DNA from: the human T2T-CHM13v2.0 reference genome, Homo sapiens
Length of the DNA stretch: 64,000 bases
Assembly (NCBI RefSeq): GCF_009914755.1
Contig: NC_060932.1
Direction: 5' to 3' (one strand)
A program made the position numbers and the translations under genes. Below the pieces are notes generated by a model. That model searched no databases and had not been told where the DNA came from. It was given only the letters and a program-made list of their open reading frames with translations. This document shows positions 30,301-42,500 of the stretch, in pieces; positions within the stretch are counted from its first letter, which is position 1; every line of letters starts with the position of its first letter.

Positions 30301-33300
30301 AGTCACAGAGTGGAACATTCCCATTCATAGAGCAGGTTTGAAACACTCTTTTTGGAGTATCTGGAAGTGGACATTTGGAGCGCTTTCTGAACTATGGTGA
30401 AAAAGGAAATATCTTCCAATGAAAACAAGACAGAAGCATTCTGAGAAACTTATTTGTGATGTGTGTCCTCAACAAACGGACTTGAACCTTTCGTTTCATG
30501 CAGTACTTCTGGAACACTCTTTTTGAAGATTCTGCATGCGGATATTTGGATAGCTTTGAGGATTTCGTTGGAAACGGGCTTACATGTAAAAATTAGACAG
30601 CAGCATTCTCAGAAACTTCTTTGTGGTGTCTGCATTCAAGTCACAGAATTGAACTTCCCCTCACATAGAGCAGTTGTGCAGCACTCTATTTGTAGTATCT
30701 GGAAGTGGACATTTGGAGGGCTTTGTAGCCTATCTGGAAAAAGGAAATATCTTCCCATGAATGCGAGATAGAAGTAATCTCAGAAACATGTTTATGCTGT
30801 ATCTACTCAACTAACTGTGCTGAACATTTCTATTGATAGAGCAGTTTTGAGACACTCTTCTTTTGGAATCTGCAAGTGGATATTTGGATAGATTTGAGGA
30901 TTTCGTTGGAAACGGGATTATATATAAAAAGTAGACAGCAGCATTCTCAGAAACTTCTTTGTGATGTTTGCATCCAGCTCTCAGAGTTGAACATTCCCTT
31001 TCATAGAGTAGGTTTGAAACCCTCTTTTTATAGTGTCTGGAAGCGGGCATTTGGAGCGCTTTCAGGCCTATGCTTAAAATAGGAAATATCTACCTACAGA
31101 AACTAGACAGAAGCATTCTGAGAATCACGTTTGTGATGTGGGTACTCAACTAACAGTGTTGATCCATTCTTTTGATACAGAAGTTTTGAACCACAGTTTT
31201 TGTAGAATCTGCAAGAGGATATTTGGATAGCTGTGAGGATTTCGTTGGAAACGGGAATGTCTTCAAAGAAAATCTAGACAGAAGCATTCTCAGAAACACC
31301 TTCGTGATGTTTGCAATCAAGTCACAGAGTTGAACCTTCCGTTTCATAGAGCAGGTTGGAAACACTCTTATTGTAGTATCTGGAAGTGGACATTTGGAGC
31401 GCTTTCAGGCCTATGGTGAAAAAGGAAATATCTTCCCATAAAAACGACATAGAAGCTATCTCAGGAACTTGTTTATGATGCATCTAATCAACTAACAGTG
31501 TTGAACCTTTGTACTGACAGAGCAGTTTGAAACACTCTTTTTTTGGAATCTGCAAGTGGATATTTGGATCGCTTTGAGGATTTCGTTGGAAACGGGATGC
31601 AATATAAAACGTACACAGCAGCATACTCAGAAAATACTTTGCCATATTTCCATTCAAGTCACAGAGTGGAACATTCCCATTCATAGAGCAGGTTTGAAAC
31701 ACTCTTTTTGGAGTATCTGGAAGTGGACATTTGGAGCGCTTTCTGAACTATGGTGAAAAAGGAAATATCTTCCAATGAAAACAAGACAGAAGCATTCTGA
31801 GAAACTTATTTGTGATGTGTGTCCTCAACAAACGGACTTGAACCTTTCGTTTCATGCAGTACTTCTGGAACACTCTTTTTGAAGATATTGCATGCGGATA
31901 TTTGGATAGCTTTGAGGATTTCGTTGGAAACGGGTTTACATGTAAAAATTAGACAGCAGCATTCTCAGAAACTTCTTTGTGGTGTCTGCATTCAAGTCAC
32001 AGAATTGAACTTCCCCTCACATAGAGCAGTTGTGCAGCACTCTATTTGTAGTATCTGGAAGTGGACATTTGGAGGGCTTTGTAGCCTATCTGGAAAAAGG
32101 AAATATCTTCCCATGAATGCGAGATAGAAGTAATCTCAGAAACATGTTTATGCTGTATCTACTCAACTAACTGTGCTGAACATTTCTATTGATAGAGCAG
32201 TTTTGAGACACTCTTCTTTTGGAATCTGCAAGTGGATATTTGGATAGATTTGAGGATTTCGTTGGAAACGGGATTATATATAAAAAGTAGACAGCAGCAT
32301 TCTCAGAAACTTCTTTGTGATGTTTGCATCCAGCTCTCAGAGTTGAACATTCCCTTTCATAGAGTAGGTTTGAAACCCTCTTTTTATAGTGTCTGGAAGC
32401 GGGCATTTGGAGCGCTTTCAGGCCTATGCTTAAAATAGGAAATATCTACCTACAGAAACTAGACAGAAGCATTCTGAGAATCACGTTTGTGATGTGGGTA
32501 CTCAACTAACAGTGTTGATCCATTCTTTTGATACAGCAGTTTTGAACCACACTTTTTGTAGAATCTGCAAGAGGATATTTGGATAGCTGTGAGGATTTCG
32601 TTGGAAACGGGAATGTCTTCAAAGAAAATCTAGACAGAAGCATTCTCAGAAACACCTTCGTGATGTTTGCAATCAAGTCACAGAGTTGAACCTTCCGTTT
32701 CATAGAGCAGGTTGGAAACACTCTTATTGTAGTATCTGGAAGTGGACATTTGGAGCGCTTTCAGGCCTATGGTGAAAAAGGAAATATCTTCCCATAAAAA
32801 CGACATAGAAGCTATCTCAGGAACTTGTTTATGATGCATCTAATCAACTAACAGTGTTGAACCTTTGTACTGACAGAGCAGTTTGAAACACTCTTTTTTT
32901 GGAATCTGCAAGTGGATATTTGGATCGCTTTGAGGATTTCGTTGGAAACGGGATGCAATATAAAACGTACACAGCAGCATACTCAGAAAATACTTTGCCA
33001 TATTTCCATTCAAGTCACAGAGTGGAACATTCCCATTCATAGAGCAGGTTTGAAACACTCTTTTTGGAGTATCTGGAAGTGGACATTTGGAGCGCTTTCT
33101 GAACTATGGTGAAAAAGGAAATATCTTCCAATGAAAACAAGACAGAAGCATTCTGAGAAACTTATTTGTGATGTGTGTCCTCAACAAACGGACTTGAACC
33201 TTTCGTTTCATGCAGTACTTCTGGAACACTCTTTTTGAAGATTCTGCATGCGGATATTTGGATAGCTTTGAGGATTTCGTTGGAAACGGGCTTACATGTA

Positions 33301-33824
33301 AAAATTAGACAGCAGCATTCTCAGAAACTTCTTTGTGGTGTCTGCATTCAAGTCACAGAATTGAACTTCCCCTCACATAGAGCAGTTGTGCAGCACTCTA
33401 TTTGTAGTATCTGGAAGTGGACATTTGGAGGGCTTTGTAGCCTATCTGGAAAAAGGAAATATCTTCCCATGAATGCGAGATAGAAGTAATCTCAGAAACA
33501 TGTTTATGCTGTATCTACTCAACTAACTGTGCTGAACATTTCTATTGATAGAGCAGTTTTGAGACACTCTTCTTTTGGAATCTGCAAGTGGATATTTGGA
33601 TAGATTTGAGGATTTCGTTGGAAACGGGATTATATATAAAAAGTAGACAGCAGCATTCTCAGAAACTTCTTTGTGATGTTTGCATCCAGCTCTCAGAGTT
33701 GAACATTCCCTTTCATAGAGTAGGTTTGAAACCCTCTTTTTATAGTGTCTGGAAGCGGGCATTTGGAGCGCTTTCAGGCCTATGCTGAAAAAGGAAATAT
33801 CTACCTATAGAAACTAGACAGAAG
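24335..33824 (+). repeat. Run of seven 8-mer HORs
   Basis: 1355-1356 bp periodicity. Confidence 0.93.
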
Positions 33825-36800
33825 CATTCTGAGAATCACGTTTGTGATGTGGGTACTCAACTAACAGTGTTGATCCATTCTTTTGATACAGCAGTTTTGA
33901 ACCACACTTTTTGTAGAATCTGCAAGTGGATATTTGGATAGCTGTGAGGATTTCGTTGGAAACGGGAATGTCTTCATAGAAAATTTAGACAGAAGCATTC
34001 TCAGAACCTTGATTGTGATGTGTGTTCTCCACTAACAGAGTTGAACCTTTCTTTTGACAGAACTGTTCTGAAACATTCTTTTTATAGAATCTGGAAGTGG
34101 ATATTTGGAAAGCTTTGAGGATTTCGTTGGAAACGGGAATATCTTCAAATCAAATCTAGCCAGAAGCATTCTAAGAAACATCTTAGGGATGTTTACATTC
34201 AAGTCACAGAGTTGAACATTCCCTTTCACAGAGCAGGTTTGAAACAATCTTCTCGTACTATCTGGCAGTGGACATTTTGAGCTCCTTGGGGCCTATGCTG
34301 AAAAAGGAAATATCTTCCGACAAAAACTAGACAGAAGCATTCGCAGAATCACGTTTGTGATGTGTGCACTCAACTGTCAGAATTGAACCTTGGTTTGGAC
34401 AGAGCACTTTTGAAACACTCTTTTTGTAGAATCTGCAGGTGGATATTTGGCTAGCTTTGAGGATTTCGTTGGAAACGGTAATGTCTTCAAAGAAAATCTA
34501 GACAGAAGCATTCTCAGAAACACCTTCGTGATGTTTGCAATCAAGTCACAGAGTTGAACCTTCCGTTTCATAGAGCAGGTTGGAAACACACTTTTTGTAG
34601 TATCTAGAAGTGGACATTTGGAGCGCTTTCAGGCCTATGGTGAAAAAGGAAATATCTTCCCATAAAAACGACATAGAAGCTATCTCAGGAACTTGTCTAT
34701 GATGCATCTAATCAACTAACAGTGTTGAACCTTTGTACTGACAGAACAGTTTGAAACACTCTTTTTTTGGAATCTGCAAGTGGATATTTGGATCGCTTTG
34801 AGGATTTCGTTGGAAACGGGATGCAATATAAAACGTACACAGCAGCATACTCAGAAAATACTTTGCCATATTTCCATTCAAGTCACAGAGTGGAACATTC
34901 CCATTCATAGAGCAGGTTGGAAACACTCTTTTTGGAGTATCTGGAAGTGGACATTTGGAGCGCTTTCTGAACTATGGTGAAAAAGGAAATATCTTCCAAT
35001 GAAAACAAGACAGAAGCATTCTGAGAAACTTATTTGTGATGTGTGTCCTCAACAAACGGACTTGAACCTTTCGTTTCATGCAGTACTTCTGGAACACTCT
35101 TTTTGAAGATTCTGCATGCGGATATTTGGATAGCTTTGAGGATTTCGTTGGAAACGGGCTTACATGTAAAAATTAGACAGCAGCATTCTCAGAAACTTCT
35201 TTGTGGTGTCTGCATTCAAGTCACAGAATTGAACTTCCCCTCACATAGAGCAGTTGTGCAGCACTCTATTTGTAGTATCGGGAAGTGGACATTTGGAGGG
35301 CTTTGTAGCCTATCTGGAAAAAGGAAATATCTTCCCATGAATGCGAGATAGAAGTAATCTCAGAAACATGTTTATGCTGTATCTACTCAACTAACTGTGC
35401 TGAACATTTCTATTGATAGAGCAGTTTTGAGACACTCTTCTTTTGGAATCTGCAAGTGGATATTTGGATAGATTTGAGGATTTCGTTGGAAACGGGATTA
35501 TATATAAAAAGTAGACAGCAGCATTCTCAGAAACTTCTTTGTGATGTTTGCATCCAGCTCTCAGAGTTGAACATTCCCTTTCATAGAGTAGGTTTGAAAC
35601 CCTCTTTTTATAGAGTCTGGAAGCGGGCATTTGGAGCGCTTTCAGGCCTATGCTGAAAAAGGAAATATCTACCTATAGAAACTAGACAGAAGCATTCTGA
35701 GAATCACGTTTGTGATGTGGGTACTCAACTAACAGTGTTGATCCATTCTTTTGATACAGCAGTTTTGAACCACACTTTTTGTAGAATCTGCAAGTGGATA
35801 TTTGGATAGCTGTGAGGATTTCGTTGGAAACGGGAATGTCTTCATAGAAAATTTAGACAGAAGCATTCTCAGAACCTTGATTGTGATGTGTGTTCTCCAC
35901 TAACAGAGTTGAACCTTTCTTTTGACAGAACTGTTCTGAAACATTCTTTTTATAGAATCTGGAAGTGGATATTTGGAAAGCTTTGAGGATTTCGTTGGAA
36001 ACGGGAATATCTTCAAATCAAATCTAGCCAGAAGCATTCTAAGAAACATCTTAGGGATGTTTACATTCAAGTCACAGAGTTGAACATTCCCTTTCACAGA
36101 GCAGGTTTGAAACAATCTTCTCGTACTATCTGGCAGTGGACATTTTGAGCTCCTTGGGGCCTATGCTGAAAAAGGAAATATCTTCCGACAAAAACTAGAC
36201 AGAAGCATTCGCAGAATCACGTTTGTGATGTGTGCACTCAACTGTCAGAATTGAACCTTGGTTTGGACAGAGCACTTTTGAAACACTCTTTTTGTAGAAT
36301 CTGCAGGTGGATATTTGGCTAGCTTTGAGGATTTCGTTGGAAACGGTAATGTCTTCAAAGAAAATCTAGACAGAAGCATTCTCAGAAACACCTTCGTGAT
36401 GTTTGCAATCAAGTCACAGAGTTGAACCTTCCGTTTCATAGAGCAGGTTGGAAACACACTTTTTGTAGTATCTAGAAGTGGACATTTGGAGCGCTTTCAG
36501 GCCTATGGTGAAAAAGGAAATATCTTCCCATAAAAACGACATAGAAGCTATCTCAGGAACTTGTCTATGATGCATCTAATCAACTAACAGTGTTGAACCT
36601 TTGTACTGACAGAACAGTTTGAAACACTCTTTTTTTGGAATCTGCAAGTGGATATTTGGATCGCTTTGAGGATTTCGTTGGAAACGGGATGCAATATAAA
36701 ACGTACACAGCAGCATACTCAGAAAATACTTTGCCATATTTCCATTCAAGTCACAGAGTGGAACATTCCCATTCATAGAGCAGGTTGGAAACACTCTTTT

Positions 36801-37560
36801 TGGAGTATCTGGAAGTGGACATTTGGAGCGCTTTCTGAACTATGGTGAAAAAGGAAATATCTTCCAATGAAAACAAGACAGAAGCATTCTGAGAAACTTA
36901 TTTGTGATGTCTGTCCTCAACAAACGGACTTGAACCTTTCGTTTCATGCAGTACTTCTGGAACACTCTTTTTGAAGATTCTGCATGCGGATATTTGGATA
37001 GCTTTGAGGATTTCGTTGGAAACGGGCTTACATGTAAAAATTAGACAGCAGCATTCTCAGAAACTTCTTTGTGGTGTCTGCATTCAAGTCACAGAATTGA
37101 ACTTCCCCTCACATAGAGCAGTTGTGCAGCACTCTATTTGTAGTATCTGGAAGTGGACATTTGGAGGGCTTTGTAGCCTATCTGGAAAAAGGAAATATCT
37201 TCCCATGAATGCGAGATAGAAGTAATCTCAGAAACATGTTTATGCTGTATCTACTCAACTAACTGTGCTGAACATTTCTATTGATAGAGCAGTTTTGAGA
37301 CACTCTTCTTTTGGAATCTGCAAGTGGATATTTGGATAGATTTGAGGATTTCGTTGGAAACGGGATTATATATAAAAAGTAGACAGCAGCATTCTCAGAA
37401 ACTTCTTTGTGATGTTTGCATCCAGCTCTCAGAGTTGAACATTCCCTTTCATAGAGTAGGTTTGAAACCCTCTTTTTATAGTGTCTGGAAGCGGGCATTT
37501 GGAGCGCTTTCAGGCCTATGCTGAAAAAGGAAATATCTACCTATAGAAACTAGACAGAAG
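33825..37560 (+). repeat. Two tandem 11-mer HORs
   Basis: 1868 bp spacing (33588, 35456, 37324), with shared variants ACACACTTTTTGTAGTATCTAG, CTTGTCTATG and CAGAACAGTTT. Confidence 0.92.
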
Positions 37561-39092
37561 CATTCTGAGAATCACGTTTGTGATGTGGGTACTCAACTAA
37601 CAGTGTTGATCCATTCTTTTGATACAGCAGTTTTGAACCACACTTTTTGTAGAATCTGCAAGTGGATATTTGGATAGCTGTGAGGATTTCGTTGGAAACG
37701 GGAATGTCTTCATAGAAAATTTAGACAGAAGCATTCTCAGAACCTTGATTGTGATGTGTGTTCTCCACTAACAGAGTTGAACCTTTCTTTTGACAGAACT
37801 GTTCTGAAACATTCTTTTTATAGAATCTGGAAGTGGATATTTGGAAAGCTTTGAGGATTTCGTTGGAAACGGGAATATCTTCAAATAAAATCTAGCCAGA
37901 AGCATTCTAAGAAACATCTTAGGGATGTTTACATTCAAGTCACAGAGTTGAACATTCCCTTTCACAGAGCAGGTTTGAAACAATCTTCTCGTACTATCTG
38001 GCAGTGGACATTTTGAGCTCCTTGGGGCCTATGCTGAAAAACGAAATATCTTCCGACAAAAACTAGACAGAAGCATTCGCAGAATCACGTTTGTGATGTG
38101 TGCACTCAACTGTCAGAATTGAACCTTGGTTTGGACAGAGCAATTTTGAAACACTCTTTTTGTAGAATCTGCAGGTGGATATTTGGCTAGCTTTGAGGAT
38201 TTCGTTGGAAACGGTAATGTCTTCAAAGAAAATCTAGACAGAAGCATTCTCAGAAACACCTTCGTGATGTTTGCAATCAAGTCACAGAGTTGAACCTTCC
38301 GTTTCATAGAGCAGGTTGGAAACACTCTTTTTGTAGTATCTGGAAGTGGACATTTGGAGGGCTTTCTGAACTATGGTGAAAAGGGAAATATGTTCCAATG
38401 AAAACAAGACAGAAGCATTCTGAGAAACTTATTTGTGATGCGTGTCCTCAACTAACGGACTCGAAGCTTTCGTTTCATGCAGTACTTCTGGAACACTCTT
38501 TTTGAAGATTCTGCATGCGGATATTTGGATAGCTTTGAGGATTTCGTTGGAAACGGGCTTACATGTAAAAATTAGACAGCAGAATTCTCAGAAACTTCTT
38601 TGTGGTGTCTGCATTCAAGTCACAGAATTGAACATCCCCTCACATAGAGCAGTTGTGCAGCACTCTATTTGTAGTATCTGGAAGTGGACATTTGGAGGGC
38701 ATTGTAGCCTATCTGGAAAAAGGAAATATCTTCCCATGAATGCGAGATAGAAGTAATCTCAGAAACATGTTTATGCTGTATCTACTCAACTAACTGTGCT
38801 GAACATTTCTATTGATAGAGCAGTTTTGAGACACTCTTCTTTTGGAATCTGCAAGTGGATATTTGGAGAGATTTGAGGATTTCGTTGGAAATGGGATTAT
38901 ATATAAAAAGTAGACAGCAGCATTCTCAGAAACTTCTTTGTGATGTTTGCATCCAGCTCTCAGAGTTGAACATTCCCTTTCATAGAGTAGGTTTGAAACC
39001 CTCTTTTTATAGTGTCTGGAAGCGGGCATTTGGAGCGCTTTCAGGCCTATGCTTAAAATAGGAAATATCTACCTACAGAAACTAGACAGAAG
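37561..39092 (+). repeat. Rare 9-mer HOR variant (about 1531 bp), diverged
   Basis: m5 is joined to the end of m7 near 38340-38370, skipping two monomers. Many private substitutions are present. Confidence 0.85.
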
Positions 39093-40114
39093 CATTCTGA
39101 GAATCACGTTTGTGATGTGGGTACTCAACTAACAGTGTTGATCCATTCTTTTGATACAGCAGTTTTGAACCACACTTTTTGTAGAATCTGCAAGAGGATA
39201 TTTGGATAGCTGTGAGGATTTCGTTGGAAACGGGAATGTCTTCAAAGAAAATCTAGCCAGAAGCATTCTAAGAAACATCTTAGGGATGTTTACATTCAAG
39301 TCACAGAGTTGAACATTCCCTTTCACAGAGCAGGTTTGAAACAATCTTCTCGTACTATCTGGCAGTGGACATTTTGAGCTCCTTGGGGCCTATGCTGAAA
39401 AAGGAAATATCTTCCGACGAAAACTAGACAGAAGCATTCGCAGAATCACGTTTGTGATGTGTGCACTCAACTGTCAGAATTGAACCTTGGTTTGGACAGA
39501 GCACTTTTGAAACACTCTTTTTGTAGAATCTGCAGGTGGATATTTGGCTAGCTTTGAGGATTTCGTTGGAAACGGTAATGTCTTCAAAGAAAATCTAGAC
39601 AGAAGCATTCTCAGAAACACCTTCGTGATGTTTGCAATCAAGTCACAGAGTTGAACCTTCCGTTTCATAGAGCAGGTTGGAAACACTCTTTTTGTAGTAT
39701 CTGGAAGTGGACATTTGGAGGGCTTTGTAGCCTATCTGGAAAAAGGAAATATCTTCCCATGAATGCGAGATAGAAGTAATCTCAGAAACATGTTTATGCT
39801 GTATCTACTCAACTAACTGTGCTGAACATTTCTATTGATAGAGCAGTTTTGAGACACTCTTCTTTTGGAATCTGCAAGTGGATATTTGGATAGATTTGAG
39901 GATTTCGTTGGAAACGGGATTATATATAAAAAGTAGACAGCAGCATTCTCAGAAACTTCTTTGCGATGTTTGCATCCAGCTCTCAGAGTTGAACATTCCC
40001 TTTCATAGAGTAGGTTTGAAACCCTCTTTTTATAGTGTCTGGAAGCGGGCATTTGGAGTGCTTTCAGGCCTATGCTGAAAAAGGAAATATCTACCTATAG
40101 AAACTAGACAGAAG
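39093..40114 (+). repeat. Rare 6-mer HOR variant (about 1023 bp)
   Basis: m1 is joined directly to the tail of m2 at about 39250, followed by m3, m4, the m5/m9 hybrid, m10 and m11. Confidence 0.85.
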
Positions 40115-42500
40115 CATTCTGAGAATCACGTTTGTGATGTGGGTACTCAACTAACAGTGTTGATCCATTCTTTTGATACAGCAGTTTTGAACCACACTTT
40201 TTGTGGAATCTGCAAGTGGATATTTGGATAGCTGTGAGGATTTCGTTGGAAACGGGAATGTCTTCATAGAAAATTTAGACAGAAGCATTCTCAGAACCTT
40301 GATTGTGATGTGTGTTCTCCACTAACAGAGTTGAACCTTTCTTTTGACAGAACTGTTCTGAAACATTCTTTTTATAGAATCTGGAAGTGGATATTTGGAA
40401 AGCTTTGAGGATTTCGTTGGAAACGGGAATATCTTCAAATAAAATCTAGCCAGAAGCATTCTAAGAAACATCTTAGGGATGTTTACATTCAAGTCACAGA
40501 GTTGAACATTCCCTTTCACAGAGCAGGTTTGAAACAATCTTCTCGTACTATCTGGCAGTGGACATTTTGAGCTCCTTGGGGCCTATGCTGAAAAAGGAAA
40601 TATCTTCCGACAAAAACTAGACAGAAGCATTCGCAGAATCACGTTTGTGATGTGTGCACTCAACTGTCAGAATTGAACCTTGGTTTGGACAGAGCACTTT
40701 TGAAACACTCTTTTTGTAGAATCTGCAGGTGGATATTTGGCTAGCTTTGAGGATTTCGTTGGAAACGGTAATGTCTTCAAAGAAAATCTAGACAGAAGCA
40801 TTCTCAGAAACACCTTCGTGATGTTTGCAATCAAGTCACAGAGTTGAACCTTCCGTTTCATAGAGCAGGTTGGAAACACTCTTTTTGTAGTATCTGGAAG
40901 TGGACATTTGGAGGGCTTTGTAGCCTATCTGGAAAAAGGAAATATCTTCCCATGAATGCGAGATAGAAGTAATCTCAGAAACATGTTTATGCTGTATCTA
41001 CTCAACTAACTGTGCTGAACATTTCTATTGATAGAGCAGTTTTGAGACACTCTTCTTTTGGAATCTGCAAGTGGATATTTGGATAGATTTGAGGATTTCG
41101 TTGGAAACGGGATTATATATAAAAAGTAGACAGCAGCATTCTCAGAAACTTCTTGGTGATGTTTGCATCCAGCTCTCAGAGTTGAACATTCCCTTTCATA
41201 GAGTAGGTTTGAAACCCTCTTTTTATAGTGTCTGGAAGCGGGCATTTGGAGCGCTTTCAGGCCTATGCTGAAAAAGGAAATATCTACCTATAGAAACTAG
41301 ACAGAAGCATTCTGAGAATCACGTTTGTGATGTGGGTACTCAACTAACAGTGTTGATCCATTCTTTTGATACAGCAGTTTTGAACCACACTTTTTGTAGA
41401 ATCTGCAAGTGGATATTTGGATAGCTGTGAGGATTTCGTTGGAAACGGGAATGTCTTCATAGAAAATGTAGACAGAAGCATTCTCAGAACCTTGATTGTG
41501 ATGTGTGTTCTCCACTAACAGAGTTGAACCTTTCTTTTGACAGAACTGTTCTGAAACATTCTTTTTATAGAATCTGGAAGTGGATATTTGGAAAGCTTTG
41601 AGGATTTCGTTGGAAACGGGAATATCTTCAAATCAAATCTAGCCAGAAGCATTCTAAGAAACATCTTAGGGATGTTTACATTCAAGTCACAGAGTTGAAC
41701 ATTCCCTTTCACAGAGCAGGTTTGAAACAATCTTCTCGTACTATCTGGCAGTGGACATTTTGAGCTCCTTGGGGCCTATGCTGAAAAAGGAAATATCTTC
41801 CGACAAAAACTAGACAGAAGCATTCGCAGAATCACGTTTGTGATGTATGCACTCAACTGTCAGAATTGAACCTTGGTTTGGACAGAGCACTTTTGAAACA
41901 CTCTTTTTGTAGAATCTGCAGGTGGATATTTGGCTAGCTTTGAGGATTTCGTTGGAAACGGTAATGTCTTCAAAGAAAATCTAGACAGAAGCATTCTCAG
42001 AAACACCTTCGTGATGTTTGCAATCAAGACACAGAGTTGAACCTTCCGTTTCATAGAGCAGGTTGGAAACACTCTTTTTGTAGTATCTGGAAGTGGACAT
42101 TTGGAGGGCTTTGTAGCCTATCTAAAAAAGGAAATATCTTCCCATGAATGCGAGATAGAAGTAATCTCAGAAACATGTTTATGCTGTATCTACTCAACTA
42201 ACTGTGCTGAACATTTCTATTGATAGAGCAGTTTTGAGACACTCTTCTTTTGGAATCTGCAAGTGGATATTTGGATAGATTTGAGGATTTCGTTGGAAAC
42301 GGGATTATATATAAAAAGTAGACAGCAGCATTCTCAGAAACTTCTTTGTGATGTTTGCATCCAGCTCTCAGAGTTGAACATTCCCTTTCATAGAGTAGGT
42401 TTGAAACCCTCTTTTTATAGTGTCTGCAAGCGGGCATTTGGAGCGCTTTCAGGCCTATGCTTAAAATAGGAAATATCTACCTACAGAAACTAGACAGAAG
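40115..42500 (+). repeat. Two tandem 7-mer HORs (about 1193 bp)
   Basis: The m5/m9 hybrid (…GGTTGGAAACACTCTTTTTGTAGTATCTGGAAGTGGACATTTGGAGGGCTTTGTAGCC…) removes 4 monomers (675 bp). Confidence 0.9.

Larger units (their letters stand above)
12570..35610 (+). repeat. Tandem duplication of an 11,359 bp super-unit (seven 8-mers plus one 11-mer)
   Basis: Rare variants recur at exactly 11,359 bp (ORF-track variants 14094/25453, 14774/26133, 15037/26396, 17749/29108, 19791/31150, 22673/34032). Boundaries are approximate. Confidence 0.9.
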
